Source: an uncultured Gammaproteobacteria bacterium
Lineage (GTDB): Bacteria; Patescibacteriota; Patescibacteriia; Patescibacteriales; UBA12465
Direction: 5' to 3'
DNA: 64,000 nucleotides
Assembly (NCBI GenBank): GCA_964645545.1
Contig: CAZXZR010000001.1
Span: 27,526 to 91,525 of the forward strand
Both the position numbers and the translations under genes were made by a program. Position 1 is the first letter of the stretch; every line of letters begins with the position of its first letter. Below are positions 29,551 through 39,743 of the stretch, piece by piece. A model generated the notes under the pieces. The model did not search any database and was not told where the DNA came from. It saw only the letters and a program-made list of their open reading frames with translations.

Positions 29551-30270
29551 TTAAGGTAATAATTCTATGCCGGTAATCGTGACGTCGCTTAGAGGATGGT
29601 CGTTGGCGTTGGTCGGGGTGGCCTCAATTTTTTTAACCACGTCCAGACCGTCAATGACTTCCCCGAAATTAGTATGTTTACCGTCCAGCCAGGGGGTGGA
29701 AGTGGCCGTGACGATGAAAAATTGCGAACCGTTGGTGTTTGCTCCGGCATTGGCCATGGCCAAACTGCCTAAAACCAATTTATGGCTATTAATTTCGTCT
29801 TGAAAAGCATAACCCGGTCCGCCTAAACCATCGTTAGCCCAGTCGTCGTCTTTACTGTTGGGATCGCCGCCTTGGATCATGAAGTCGCGGATAACGCGGT
29901 GAAATTTAGTCCCGTCGTAAAAATCGGCTTGAGCCAAATTCAAAAAATTATTGACCGTTAGGGGTGCGTCGGCATTATAAAACTTAACCTTGATGTCGCC
30001 TAAATTGGTTTTAATCAGGGCTTGGGAATATTGCGACAAAAGATCAAGCTGTTTATCGGGCGCGGGCATAAGGTTTTGGTTTTTAACCGCGGGCGTTTGC
30101 GCAGCCGTGGTGGCGCTAGCAGTCGTCTCCGAAAGGGACGCTGAAGCGGCCGTCTGGCTGTTCTCGGAATTAAAATTATTGCTTAAGGGCGCCGGTGTGA
30201 TCTTAAAAGCGCAGGCGCTGACGCCCAAAGCCACTACTACGAGCGCCAAAACAAAAAAGATTTTTTTCAT
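29551..30270 (-). CDS. Lipoprotein cyclophilin-type peptidyl-prolyl isomerase
   Basis: Lipobox VSAC; FHRVIRDFMIQGGD, AMANAG, NGSQFFI, WLDGKHT. Confidence 0.93.
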   Translation of the reverse strand: MKKIFFVLALVVVALGVSACAFKITPAPLSNNFNSENSQTAASASLSETTASATTAAQTPAVKNQNLMPAPDKQLDLLSQYSQALIKTNLGDIKVKFYNADAPLTVNNFLNLAQADFYDGTKFHRVIRDFMIQGGDPNSKDDDWANDGLGGPGYAFQDEINSHKLVLGSLAMANAGANTNGSQFFIVTATSTPWLDGKHTNFGEVIDGLDVVKKIEATPTNANDHPLSDVTITGIELLP

Positions 30271-30340
30271 AAGTAAAATCTTAGCGAGAGCGCCGGATTG
30301 CCGGCCTTGGCCGCCCCCCGGCGCTTTATATATTATTTTA

Positions 30341-31816
30341 TTAAACTTTATATCTTTTTTTGATTTCCTTATCCTCGGCCTCCCTTTTTTCAGCAATGAC
30401 TTCCTTGGCTTTTCGGCGCAAATCTGCCAAAGCCAATTCGTTTAATTTGCGGGCGCGCTTCATTAAATAGTTTTTCACGTTCAAATCCGGATTGATTATA
30501 ACTTCGCTTAATAATACGTCTAAAAGAGCGCCGATCTTTGGCCCGGCCGGAATTTTTAAACCGTTCATTAAGTCATGCCCGTTTATTTTCAGCATTTTGA
30601 CCGAAACGGGATCGTTTTGCACCTTGGCCATCATATACTCAAGATGCCGCAGTTTATAGGGTAAAGCCTTAGGCGTACCCGAGCCCAGACGGTCGGCGAT
30701 TCTTAAATTAATTAAATCTTTGAGGTTTTCCCGACCAACTTTGCTAATCAACCGGCGCACCGAAGCGGCCGTCACTTCCCCGACGTTATAATAGAACATG
30801 TGATTTTTCACCAAATTAACCACGCGCCAGCGGTCTTCGTTGGCGAATTTCAGGCGCGTCATAATACGATCCACCATTTTCGCCCCGACATATTCATGGT
30901 TATAGAAAGTGGCAATGCCCTTAATGATTTTATAGGTCTTGGGCTTGGCAATATCATGTAAAAGAGCGGCCAAGCGCACCGGCCAAGCTGAACTGGGGCA
31001 ATGTTTTAAGGATAAAAGATTGTGATTAAAAACCGAATAAATGTGGTGACGCGACTGATCAACGCCGACGCCCCGCTCCAATTCCGGCAAGATATACTGT
31101 AAAAGCTTGGTTTCTTTCAAAAGCATTATGCCTTCAGCCGGCCGCGGCGAAGCGAGAATTTTTATTAATTCATCGCGAATTCTCTCTTTAGCCACAAATT
31201 TTAAACCGCCGGCCATTTTCACCATCGCCCGCTGGGTTTTCGGCTCCAAGGTGAAACCCAATTGCACGCTTAAGCGCACGGCGCGCATAAGGCGCAAAGC
31301 GTCTTCTTTAAAACGGTCGGCCGGTTCGCCGACAGCGCGAATAATTTTCGCCTTAATGTCCTTTTGCCCGCCGAAAAGATCAATAATTTCCTGGCCTTTG
31401 TTAAGACTTAAAGCCAGGGCGTTAATGGTAAAATCGCGGCGCTCCAAATCCTTTTCCAAATTGTCTTCAAAGCGGATCTGGTCGGGGTGACGGCGGTCGG
31501 AATAGCCTTGCTCGCTACGGTAAGTGGTGATTTCCACCGCTTCCTTCTCGCTGCCCTGCAACTCTTTCGGACCGGCAATGGCGGCTACCGGCAAAAGCAC
31601 GGTGCCGAAAACGTTCTCGTATTTGGCCCGAGGGAAAAGTCTTAAAATTTCCGCCGGTCGGGCCTTGGTAGTCACGTCCCAATCCTGCGGTTGTTGTCCC
31701 CTTAGTAAATCGCGCACACAACCGCCGACCACGTAAGCCTCGTAATCGGCGGCCGTTAAGGTGGCGATAATTTCGCGGATATAATCAGGGATCATTTGAC
31801 TGTAATCAGTAGCCAT
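30341..31816 (-). CDS. cca: CCA tRNA nucleotidyltransferase with HD domain
   Basis: VGGCVRD, DWD, RRDFTINA, EDALRLMRA, LLHDIAK. Confidence 0.92.
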   Translation of the reverse strand: MATDYSQMIPDYIREIIATLTAADYEAYVVGGCVRDLLRGQQPQDWDVTTKARPAEILRLFPRAKYENVFGTVLLPVAAIAGPKELQGSEKEAVEITTYRSEQGYSDRRHPDQIRFEDNLEKDLERRDFTINALALSLNKGQEIIDLFGGQKDIKAKIIRAVGEPADRFKEDALRLMRAVRLSVQLGFTLEPKTQRAMVKMAGGLKFVAKERIRDELIKILASPRPAEGIMLLKETKLLQYILPELERGVGVDQSRHHIYSVFNHNLLSLKHCPSSAWPVRLAALLHDIAKPKTYKIIKGIATFYNHEYVGAKMVDRIMTRLKFANEDRWRVVNLVKNHMFYYNVGEVTAASVRRLISKVGRENLKDLINLRIADRLGSGTPKALPYKLRHLEYMMAKVQNDPVSVKMLKINGHDLMNGLKIPAGPKIGALLDVLLSEVIINPDLNVKNYLMKRARKLNELALADLRRKAKEVIAEKREAEDKEIKKRYKV

Positions 31817-31842
31817 AAACGTTAAAATAGCGCTAATTAGCT

Positions 31843-33627
31843 CTAACGCCGCTCACGAAAAAAACTGAAAACCGGCCGTGGTACTTTACTAACCATAGTT
31901 ACCCCGGGCGCGCTCCGGCCTTTGTATTTGGTTAATAAAAGTTTTTTCGCCAGGCCCTTCTTTTTCACCCAATTATAATAGCTCATCATGGCCTCGTTTT
32001 CATGGGCGCGGCGCACGGTTTTTTTGGCGTCAATGGCGTAAAGTCCGGCCGCTCTTTGCCGGCGTATGGCCGCGGTCGTCGGCGGTTGGCCGCCCCCGCC
32101 CAAACAGCCGCCCGGACAAGCCATGACTTCCAAATAATGGTAGTCTTTAAAACGTAAACGAATTTTTTTTAATTGACCCAAACCGTTAACCACCCCTAGT
32201 TTTAAACGCCGGCCAGCCAATTTAACCGTTGCTTCCTTTAGGCCGCTTAAACCGCGCACGGCTTTAAATTCCAAAGGCAAGGAAATGGCCGTTTGCTTCT
32301 TCTTTTTGCCTTGGCCACCTTTTCCTTCCTTCGCCAGTAAATAAGCGGCTGTGCGCAGGGCCGATTCCATAACCCCGCCGGAAGCGCCGTAAATGGCGGC
32401 CGCGCCTGAACCGGCGTTAAACAATTTTTCGCCGGCCGTGTCCGGCAAACTTTTAAAATCTATTTTTCGTTTTTTCAATAAATAGGCGAGTTCACGCGTG
32501 GTTAAAACGTAATCCACCAAGGGCCGCCCCTTATATTTCAATTCCGGCCGGCCGGCTTCATATTTCTTGGCCGTACAGGGGACAATGGAAACGACGGCTA
32601 AACGCCGGCTGTTCAGACCTTGTTTTTTTGCCCAATAACTTTTTATGGCGCCGGCCAAATGCATATGCGGCGAACGGGCCGTCGTCAAATGCGGCAATAA
32701 TTCCGGGTGGTAAAATTCAGCATAAGCGACCCAACTGGGACAACAGGAAGTTGTCAAAGGGAAAACCGCCTTTTTATCTTTTAAGCGCCGGACCAACTCT
32801 TCCGCTTCTGTTAGCGTCGTAATGTCGGCGCCAAAATTAATGTCAAAAACGTGCTGGAAACCTAATTTTTTTAAGGCCGTATAGCATTTGCCGGTCGCGT
32901 CTTCGCCCGGCGGCAGGCCAAACTCTTCGCCTAAGGAAACGCGCACCGCCGGCGCCAACTGAGCCAGGGCCACCAGTTTTTTCTCTTTTAATAATTTTTC
33001 CACCGCCGGCCACTGAGCCTGTTCTTGGGCGGCAGCCACCGGGCAATGCAAGACACATTGGCCGCAATAGACGCAAGCGGCGCCGACTTCACGCCGGGGT
33101 TTAACTTCTTGGTCGCTGCCCGTACCAACTAAACGCAAATAATCAATAGCCTGCAAATCGCGGCAAACCGCGAGGCAATTCTGGCAATCAATGCATTGAC
33201 TGCCGTCTATTTCCACGGCGTTGGCGAAGCGATAAGTCTTGCGCCGGCTCTTGCGGTCAGAAAAACGATTAATTTTAATCTTATACTCCTTGGCCAAGCG
33301 CAAAAGTTCGCAATCGTAAATTAAAGAGCAGCTGGTGCATTTTTCCGCGTGCTCGGCGAAAAGTAATTCCAAGTTTAAACGGCGCGCCTTTTGGACGCGG
33401 GGGCTGTTGGTTAAAATAACCATGGCCTCCCGTGCTAAGGTTGAGCACGCCGTTAGCAAGTGTTTTTCCCCTTTTACTTCCACGACGCAAACCCGGCAAG
33501 TGGCTTTATTAACTAAATCCGGGTGATCGCATAAAGTCGGAATTTTAAAACCATGATCTTTTAAAACCGCTAAAATCGTTTGCCCGGGTTTGACGCTTAG
33601 GGTTCGACCGTTAACGCTTAAATTCAT
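31843..33627 (-). CDS. hydA: [FeFe]-hydrogenase catalytic subunit (group A, with accessory Fe-S domains)
   Basis: 2Fe-2S domain, HxxxCxxC..C cluster, 2x[4Fe-4S]; H-cluster motifs TSCCPSW, VPCTAKKYE, EVMACPGGCLGGGGQP. Confidence 0.93.
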   Translation of the reverse strand: MNLSVNGRTLSVKPGQTILAVLKDHGFKIPTLCDHPDLVNKATCRVCVVEVKGEKHLLTACSTLAREAMVILTNSPRVQKARRLNLELLFAEHAEKCTSCSLIYDCELLRLAKEYKIKINRFSDRKSRRKTYRFANAVEIDGSQCIDCQNCLAVCRDLQAIDYLRLVGTGSDQEVKPRREVGAACVYCGQCVLHCPVAAAQEQAQWPAVEKLLKEKKLVALAQLAPAVRVSLGEEFGLPPGEDATGKCYTALKKLGFQHVFDINFGADITTLTEAEELVRRLKDKKAVFPLTTSCCPSWVAYAEFYHPELLPHLTTARSPHMHLAGAIKSYWAKKQGLNSRRLAVVSIVPCTAKKYEAGRPELKYKGRPLVDYVLTTRELAYLLKKRKIDFKSLPDTAGEKLFNAGSGAAAIYGASGGVMESALRTAAYLLAKEGKGGQGKKKKQTAISLPLEFKAVRGLSGLKEATVKLAGRRLKLGVVNGLGQLKKIRLRFKDYHYLEVMACPGGCLGGGGQPPTTAAIRRQRAAGLYAIDAKKTVRRAHENEAMMSYYNWVKKKGLAKKLLLTKYKGRSAPGVTMVSKVPRPVFSFFRERR

Positions 33628-34364
33628 GCTGGTTTTATCTTAGCTAAATCTTTATAGATACGATACATGAACAAAAGAATAATCGGACCGAGTAAAAAGT
33701 TAATTACCTGGATAAGGCCGTTCCAAATCTGGTAAAAAACCCCGTTATAGCTGGCAAAAGACAAAGGAATGGCAATGACAACCATGACCGCCCAAAAAAT
33801 CAGGCCAACGACGATAAGGCGACCAAAAACCGGCCACCAATAATCGTTCACCAATTTTATACTCCGGCGAATGGCTTTTAAGCCGTATTTACCCTCAAAA
33901 AAGAAAACGTAAACCGCCAGACTGTAGAAAATGGCGTAAATTATGCCGGGAATAATTAAGAGCAGGCTCCATAAGGCCACAAAAACCGCCGTCATTAAAA
34001 CCAAACCGAGATAGGGCCAGAAGAGCGGCGCTGTTTCCTTGTAGGTGGTGGCTTCGTTGCCTTCAAAATTTTTCTTGACCACCAAAAACAAAGCCATATA
34101 GGCGCGGATGAAAAAATAGAGGGCGAAAGCGAAACCGACGATACTTATCAAAACCAGCCATAAATGCCAAATAAAACCCGGATTAGGACCAAGCAGGCCG
34201 CCCAGGCCGTAGAAAAACAAAACCACTAAAAGCGGAATGAGAGTGAAAAAGAAGCCGATCAGATAGACCATGATGAATTTTTTTAAATTTTTCCACCAGA
34301 TTTTGATCGCCTCTTCCAAGATGTCAAAAACTGGTGTGATTTTTTGTTTTTGAGCTTCGCTCAT
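33624..34364 (-). CDS. Integral membrane protein of unknown function
   Basis: About five TM helices, LLIIPGI motif; stop overlaps the hydA start. Confidence 0.8.
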   Translation of the reverse strand: MSEAQKQKITPVFDILEEAIKIWWKNLKKFIMVYLIGFFFTLIPLLVVLFFYGLGGLLGPNPGFIWHLWLVLISIVGFAFALYFFIRAYMALFLVVKKNFEGNEATTYKETAPLFWPYLGLVLMTAVFVALWSLLLIIPGIIYAIFYSLAVYVFFFEGKYGLKAIRRSIKLVNDYWWPVFGRLIVVGLIFWAVMVVIAIPLSFASYNGVFYQIWNGLIQVINFLLGPIILLFMYRIYKDLAKIKPA

Positions 34365-34374
34365 AAATTTAAGC

Positions 34375-35403
34375 TTAGTTTTTCAAAATATTTTTAAAAT
34401 AGCTTTTAACGGGCAGGGCTAAACTGGCGCCTAAAGGACAAAAAGACGAGTCAAATAAATTGTCCACGAGAGCGTCAAACAAAGACTGGTCAAAAGTCGG
34501 AGCCTTAATTAATTCCCATAAGCGATAAGTGCCCTCGCGGCAACTAGTACAATAGCCACAACTTTGTTCATGATAAAAATTTAGCCAATATTTAACCAAT
34601 TTTTCTTTTTTAGTTTTTTCGGCCTTGTAAACAATGACTGCGCCGGTGCTCGTTATTGGCCGCTCTAGTTGCTGGGCATTTAAAAATTCGCCGCACGCTT
34701 CCCCGCCCACCTGTACAAAAAATTTATACGGCGGATAATTGCCGGTCCGACGCAAAATTTCATTAATCGTTAAATCGGCCGGCAGAGCGTAAACGCCACG
34801 ATGGCGAAGAGCGCCGCCTAAGGTATAGAAACGTTCGCCCTGATATTTTCCCCGCGCCGCCAAGCTGACATCATAAAAAGTTTCCACATTACTAATTAAA
34901 GTCGGCCGGCCAAAAAGTCCGTGCTCGGTCGGATAAGGCGGTTTTAAACGCGGCCTGACGCCTTCGCCTTGTAAAAAATTCAACAAGGCCGTCTCTTCCC
35001 CGCTTAAATAACTTAAACTTTTCGGCTTAAATTTAAATATAACTTTCGGCGCCAAAACCTTAAATCTTTTGCTGACTAAAGCTTGTTTTAAATCGGCGCC
35101 GTAGTTCTGGTAGCAGTCGCGGGAAAGAAAAAAATATACTTCTTTTATTTTCTCTGGACCAAAAAATTGTTCGGCCCGATAAACGCCGTCTATAACCGCG
35201 CTTGGATAATGCCTAAGTATGAAAGCGTCCTTTTTCACGCCTGGTTCGCCCTCGCCGGCGTTGACAATAATGTAACCAATTTTCTTGCCTTTTAAAGCCC
35301 CCTTAACCGCCGCCCATTTACTGGCGGTTGGATAGGCGGCTCCGCCGCGGCCAACTAGGCCGGCGGCGGCGATTTTTTTCAAAATGTCAGTCGCTTTTGG
35401 CAT
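34375..35403 (-). CDS. Minimal NuoF/HydB-like FMN/NADH-binding subunit
   Basis: GRGGAAYPT..KW, NAGEGEPG..KD, SGEETAL, PRLKPPYP, NVET, SCGYCTSCREG...CPLG. Confidence 0.9.
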   Translation of the reverse strand: MPKATDILKKIAAAGLVGRGGAAYPTASKWAAVKGALKGKKIGYIIVNAGEGEPGVKKDAFILRHYPSAVIDGVYRAEQFFGPEKIKEVYFFLSRDCYQNYGADLKQALVSKRFKVLAPKVIFKFKPKSLSYLSGEETALLNFLQGEGVRPRLKPPYPTEHGLFGRPTLISNVETFYDVSLAARGKYQGERFYTLGGALRHRGVYALPADLTINEILRRTGNYPPYKFFVQVGGEACGEFLNAQQLERPITSTGAVIVYKAEKTKKEKLVKYWLNFYHEQSCGYCTSCREGTYRLWELIKAPTFDQSLFDALVDNLFDSSFCPLGASLALPVKSYFKNILKN

Positions 35404-35424
35404 GCCAAAAATTAAAACTCGCCT

Positions 35425-36153
35425 TTAGCGCGCCGTCCAACCACCGTCAACCGTCAAAATCGCGCCAGTAACGTAACGGGCGGCGTCGCTAGCCAAATAC
35501 AAAGCTGCTTGGGCGATATCTTTAGCTTCCCCGACCCGGCCCAGAGGCGTATTCTCCAAAACCATTTTCTTAAAATTAGCCTCATTTAAATAATCCTTAG
35601 TCATGTTGGTGGCGATAATTCCGGGGCAGATGGCGTTAATCCTGATTCTATGGGGGGCGAGGTCCAAAGCCGCCGCTTTTGTCAGTTGTATAACCGCGCC
35701 CTTGGCCGTGCCATAGGCTAAGGAACCGACAAAACCGACCAAACCGGCGATGGAGCTAATATTAACGATCGCACCTTCTATCTTTTTCTCTTTCATGGCC
35801 CGGGCGGCTAACTGCGCCCCGTAAAAAACACCATTTAAATCAACGGCCAAGGTCTTCTCCCAAATCTCCGCGGTCGTTTCCAAAAGGCCGCCAGAGGAAG
35901 CGATGCCGGCGTTATTAACCATAATGTCCAGACGGCCGAATTTATCTAAAGCCGTCTTTATTAGATTTTCCACTTCCGCCTTTTTACTAACGTCGGCTTT
36001 AACGAAAACGGCCTTATCCGCCGCCAAAGCTATGCCGGGTTTAAGGTCGGCGTAAACGACTTTAGCGCCTTCGGCCACGAATAAATCGGCGATCGCCTGA
36101 CCAATGCCGCTAGAAGCGCCGGTAACAATGGCTATCTTATCTTTTAATTGCAT
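35425..36153 (-). CDS. Short-chain dehydrogenase/reductase
   Basis: TGASSGIG, NNAG, YGTAK, VDGG. Confidence 0.93.
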   Translation of the reverse strand: MQLKDKIAIVTGASSGIGQAIADLFVAEGAKVVYADLKPGIALAADKAVFVKADVSKKAEVENLIKTALDKFGRLDIMVNNAGIASSGGLLETTAEIWEKTLAVDLNGVFYGAQLAARAMKEKKIEGAIVNISSIAGLVGFVGSLAYGTAKGAVIQLTKAAALDLAPHRIRINAICPGIIATNMTKDYLNEANFKKMVLENTPLGRVGEAKDIAQAALYLASDAARYVTGAILTVDGGWTAR

Positions 36154-36158
36154 AAAAT

Positions 36159-37169
36159 TTAAGTTAGTTTTCTTACTCTATCGGCTAATTCCGCCAAACG
36201 GTTGGCGTAGCCCCATTCATTGTCATACCAGGAAATGACTTTGAGAAAATCGCCGCCGATGAGCCGCGTATTGTTCAAGTCAATAATGGCGCTCTTGGCG
36301 TTGCCGATAATGTCGGTGGAAACCAATTCTTCCTTGGAGGCTTCCAAAATATTTTTTAAGGGGCCGCGAGCCGCTTTAAGGAAGGCGTGATTAACAGCGG
36401 CCACGCTCGTCTTTTTCTTTAAGACATAAACCGTGTCGCATAAGGAACCGATTGGCGTCGGCACGCGCACGGCCAAGCCGTCAAACTTACCTTTTAAAGC
36501 CGGGATAGTCAAAGTCGTGGCCAAAGCGGCGCCGGTGGTGGTGGGAATAATGTTTATCGCCGCCGCGCGCGCGCGCCGGAAATCTTTATGCGGTCCGTCC
36601 ACCAAATTTTGGTCGGCGGTATAGGAATGAACCGTGCTCATGAGGGCTTTTTTAATGCCGAAATTGTCCTTAACGACTTTCGTCACCGGCGCCAAACAAT
36701 TGGTCGTGCAGGAAGCGCAGGACAAAAGCCGATCGCTCTTTCTTAATTGCTTATCATTGACGCCCAAAACGATGGTTTTTACCCCTCCATCTTTGGCCGG
36801 CGCCGATAAAATGACTTTTTTCGCGCCCGCTTTTAAATGCGCCTTCAGCTCAATTTTAGTCCGAAAACGACCCGTACATTCCAAAACTAAGTCCACTTTT
36901 AAGGGCTGCCAAGGCAAGGCCAAGGGGTCTTTAATGGCTAAGACTGGCAAACGACGGCCGTTTATAATCAAAGCGTCTTTAGCGGCCGTGATTTTCTGGC
37001 GCGAAGCGCCGTAGCAGGAATCATGTTTTAATAAATAGGCTAAAGTGGCCGGATCCGTTAAATCGTTAATAGCCACGACTCTTATTTGCGGAAACTTAAG
37101 CCACATAGCCTTAAAGACGGCCCGGCCGATACGGCCAAAACCGTTAATGGCTAAATTAATTTTTTTCAT
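36159..37169 (-). CDS. gap: Glyceraldehyde-3-phosphate dehydrogenase
   Basis: INGFGRIGR, ASCTTNCL, WYDNEWGY. Confidence 0.97.
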   Translation of the reverse strand: MKKINLAINGFGRIGRAVFKAMWLKFPQIRVVAINDLTDPATLAYLLKHDSCYGASRQKITAAKDALIINGRRLPVLAIKDPLALPWQPLKVDLVLECTGRFRTKIELKAHLKAGAKKVILSAPAKDGGVKTIVLGVNDKQLRKSDRLLSCASCTTNCLAPVTKVVKDNFGIKKALMSTVHSYTADQNLVDGPHKDFRRARAAAINIIPTTTGAALATTLTIPALKGKFDGLAVRVPTPIGSLCDTVYVLKKKTSVAAVNHAFLKAARGPLKNILEASKEELVSTDIIGNAKSAIIDLNNTRLIGGDFLKVISWYDNEWGYANRLAELADRVRKLT

Positions 37170-37261
37170 AAAAAGTTTAAGAAATCTTAATTATTACCCT
37201 GACATTATATCATAATTTAAAGAAATATAAAAAAACCGCCCCCTAAGGAGCGGCCCGGCTT

Positions 37262-38155
37262 TTATTTTCTCTTTCTTTCTCTTTTTCTGTCTCGCCCCGG
37301 TTTGCTTTGGCCTTTTTCCTTCTTTTTCTCAATTTTTTTCTCGGCTTCTTTCTTCGGCCGCCGCTTAGGATCCACTTCTATAACTACGTCTTCCTCGCCC
37401 TCTTTTTCCCCCGCGATCTTAACGTCCAAAGTTTGCTTTAAAATATGGTGGCCAACAACGACGCCGCTGACGCCGTTAATATTCACGCGCGTACCCGGAG
37501 GCGCCAATTGGCCAGCCAATTCCTTGTAGCCTTCATACTCAAAGGAAAGACAACACATCAAACGACCGCACATGCCGGAGATGCGCTCGTTGCCGCGGTG
37601 GACAACCTGCTGGGCCTCGGCCATTTCCGAAGTGATGGAAGAGAATTCGCCTAAAAATTCCTGGCAACAGAGCCGGCGGCCGCAGGGCCCGCAATCGCCG
37701 GACAACTTGGCTTCGTCTCTGGTGCCAATCTGCGTCAAACGGATATTGGCGTTGAAATGGGCGACTAAATCTTTGACCAACTCGCGGAAATCAACCCGGC
37801 TGGCGGCGATAAAAGCGAAATTTAAACGGTTGCCGGCGAAAGAAAAATGCACGTCCACCAGCTTCATAGGTAAAGCATGCTTGGCGATTAATTGCCGGCA
37901 AACGGCCAGAGCCTTAGCCTTCCTTTGCCGGTCGGGTAATTTGGCGACATCTTCGTAATCGGCTTTTTTCAAAATCGGTTTCAATTCCCGCGTTTCCAAG
38001 CCGCTCATATCTGTAGTCAGGCTCTTCACGCACCCCAATTCCCGGCCCAATTCTGTTTCCACCAAAACATAATCACCGGCTTTTATGTCTAAATCGCCCA
38101 CGGAAAAGCTGTAGGCTTTATCCCAAGGAGCGAATTGTACCTTAGCAATAAACAT
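37262..38155 (-). CDS. PSP1-domain protein (RicT/YaaT-like)
   Basis: RVDFRELVKDL, GPCGRRLCC, ISGMCGRLMCCLSFE. Confidence 0.9.
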   Translation of the reverse strand: MFIAKVQFAPWDKAYSFSVGDLDIKAGDYVLVETELGRELGCVKSLTTDMSGLETRELKPILKKADYEDVAKLPDRQRKAKALAVCRQLIAKHALPMKLVDVHFSFAGNRLNFAFIAASRVDFRELVKDLVAHFNANIRLTQIGTRDEAKLSGDCGPCGRRLCCQEFLGEFSSITSEMAEAQQVVHRGNERISGMCGRLMCCLSFEYEGYKELAGQLAPPGTRVNINGVSGVVVGHHILKQTLDVKIAGEKEGEEDVVIEVDPKRRPKKEAEKKIEKKKEKGQSKPGRDRKRERKRK

Positions 38156-38211
38156 GAAATTATAGCTTAGCCAACGATCCAAAAGCCAGCCGCGCCAACC
38201 GGCGTGAAAAA

Positions 38212-39006
38212 TTACAAAGCGAAACGGACGAAAACGGAAACTTTAACGCCAGCCAAAACATCTTTGACTTTCTTTTTTTCATCCTTAATGTATTCCTGCT
38301 CCTCCAGACAAACGTCGGCGTAAAATTTACCCATTTTGCCCATAATGATTTTCTCGGCGATTTCCACCGGCTTGCCCTCTTTAACCAACTGCTCTTTATA
38401 GATTTCTTTTTCTTTGGCTAGTTCGCCCGGGTCAACTTCACTGGGCGTGATGTATTTCGGGTTGGCGGCCGCAACCTGCATGGTGATTTCTTGGGCCAAT
38501 GCCTCCTTGCCGGCCTGATCTAAAGCTACCAAAACCCCGATTTTTCCGCCCAAATGCGAATAGGCGGCCACGGTGGCACCCTTAATTATGGCCAAGCGTT
38601 TAATCGCCATTTTTTCGCCGGTCGTGCCGCTTAAGGCGTCTAAACTGTCGCTGACGGTCGCGTCGGCCATTTTTAAGGTTAAAAGCTCTTCCACGTTGGC
38701 CGGCTGGGCTTGTTTTATTAACTCCAAAACCGCGGCGGCGAAAGCCTGAAATTTTTCGTTTCTGGCCACAAAATCAGTTTCGGAATTGACTTCCACCATA
38801 TAGCCTTCGGTTTTATTGGCGTTTAGGGCCACTTTAATCACGCCATCGCGGACTTCCCGACCGCTTCTTTTGGCGGCTTTGGCAATGCCGCTTTTCCGCA
38901 AAATCTCCACGGCTTTCTCTAGGTCGTTATTGGCTTCTTTTAAGGCTTTTTGACAATCAACCATGCCGGCGCCGGTCAATTCCCGCAATTGTTTGATGAG
39001 TTCCAT
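38212..39006 (-). CDS. tsf: Elongation factor Ts
   Basis: LRELTGAGMVDC, EVNSETDFVARN. Confidence 0.97.
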   Translation of the reverse strand: MELIKQLRELTGAGMVDCQKALKEANNDLEKAVEILRKSGIAKAAKRSGREVRDGVIKVALNANKTEGYMVEVNSETDFVARNEKFQAFAAAVLELIKQAQPANVEELLTLKMADATVSDSLDALSGTTGEKMAIKRLAIIKGATVAAYSHLGGKIGVLVALDQAGKEALAQEITMQVAAANPKYITPSEVDPGELAKEKEIYKEQLVKEGKPVEIAEKIIMGKMGKFYADVCLEEQEYIKDEKKKVKDVLAGVKVSVFVRFAL

Positions 39007-39050
39007 AAACTTATCTTAAATTTAATTATTACCATTTAAGGGCAAACAAT

Positions 39051-39743
39051 TTATTCTTTTCTGTTCTTCGCCTCTAACATCGCCGCCTCGAGGCAATCCA
39101 AGATGAGGCGAATGGTTTTGGTGGAATCGTCGTTGGCCGGAATGGGATAATTAACCTCCTCCGGATTGACGTTGGTGTCGCAAACTGCGACAATCGGGAT
39201 ATGTTTTTGTTTGGCCTCTTTTAAAGCCGTTTCTTCTTCCCTAATGTCCCAAATGAACAGGGCATCGGGCAATTTATTCAAAGCCGTTAGGCCGCCAACG
39301 CTCAATTCCAGTTTCTTAATCTCCCGCTCAAAATTAAGGCGTTCTTTCTTCGTGTATTTTTCCAGCTTGCCCGCTTCCCGTCTTTCCAAAAGATCCAGAT
39401 ATTTCTTAACTGATTTTTTAACCACGGCAAAATTAGTCAAATAGCCGCCCAGCCATTTGCCGACGATATAGGGTTGGCCAATGGCCAAAGCCATTTTCTT
39501 AAGCGATTCCGCGACTTGGTTTTTCGTACCGACGAAAAGAATGTTTTTATTTTCCGCCGCCAGCTTGGTCATAAACTCCAAAGCTTCCCGCAATTTCTCT
39601 TGGGATTTTTTCAAGTTGATGATGTAAACGCCATTCTTGGCGGTGAAGATATAGGGCGCCATTTTCGGGTGCCAACGGTTGGTCCGATGGCCGAAGTGCA
39701 TGCCCGCTTTAAGCATCTCTTCCAGACTGGGAAGGTTTACCAT
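39051..39743 (-). CDS. rpsB: 30S ribosomal protein S2
   Basis: AGMHFGH, LFVGTK, WLGG.LTN, DTN, PANDDS; start at 39743. Confidence 0.97.
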   Translation of the reverse strand: MVNLPSLEEMLKAGMHFGHRTNRWHPKMAPYIFTAKNGVYIINLKKSQEKLREALEFMTKLAAENKNILFVGTKNQVAESLKKMALAIGQPYIVGKWLGGYLTNFAVVKKSVKKYLDLLERREAGKLEKYTKKERLNFEREIKKLELSVGGLTALNKLPDALFIWDIREEETALKEAKQKHIPIVAVCDTNVNPEEVNYPIPANDDSTKTIRLILDCLEAAMLEAKNRKE

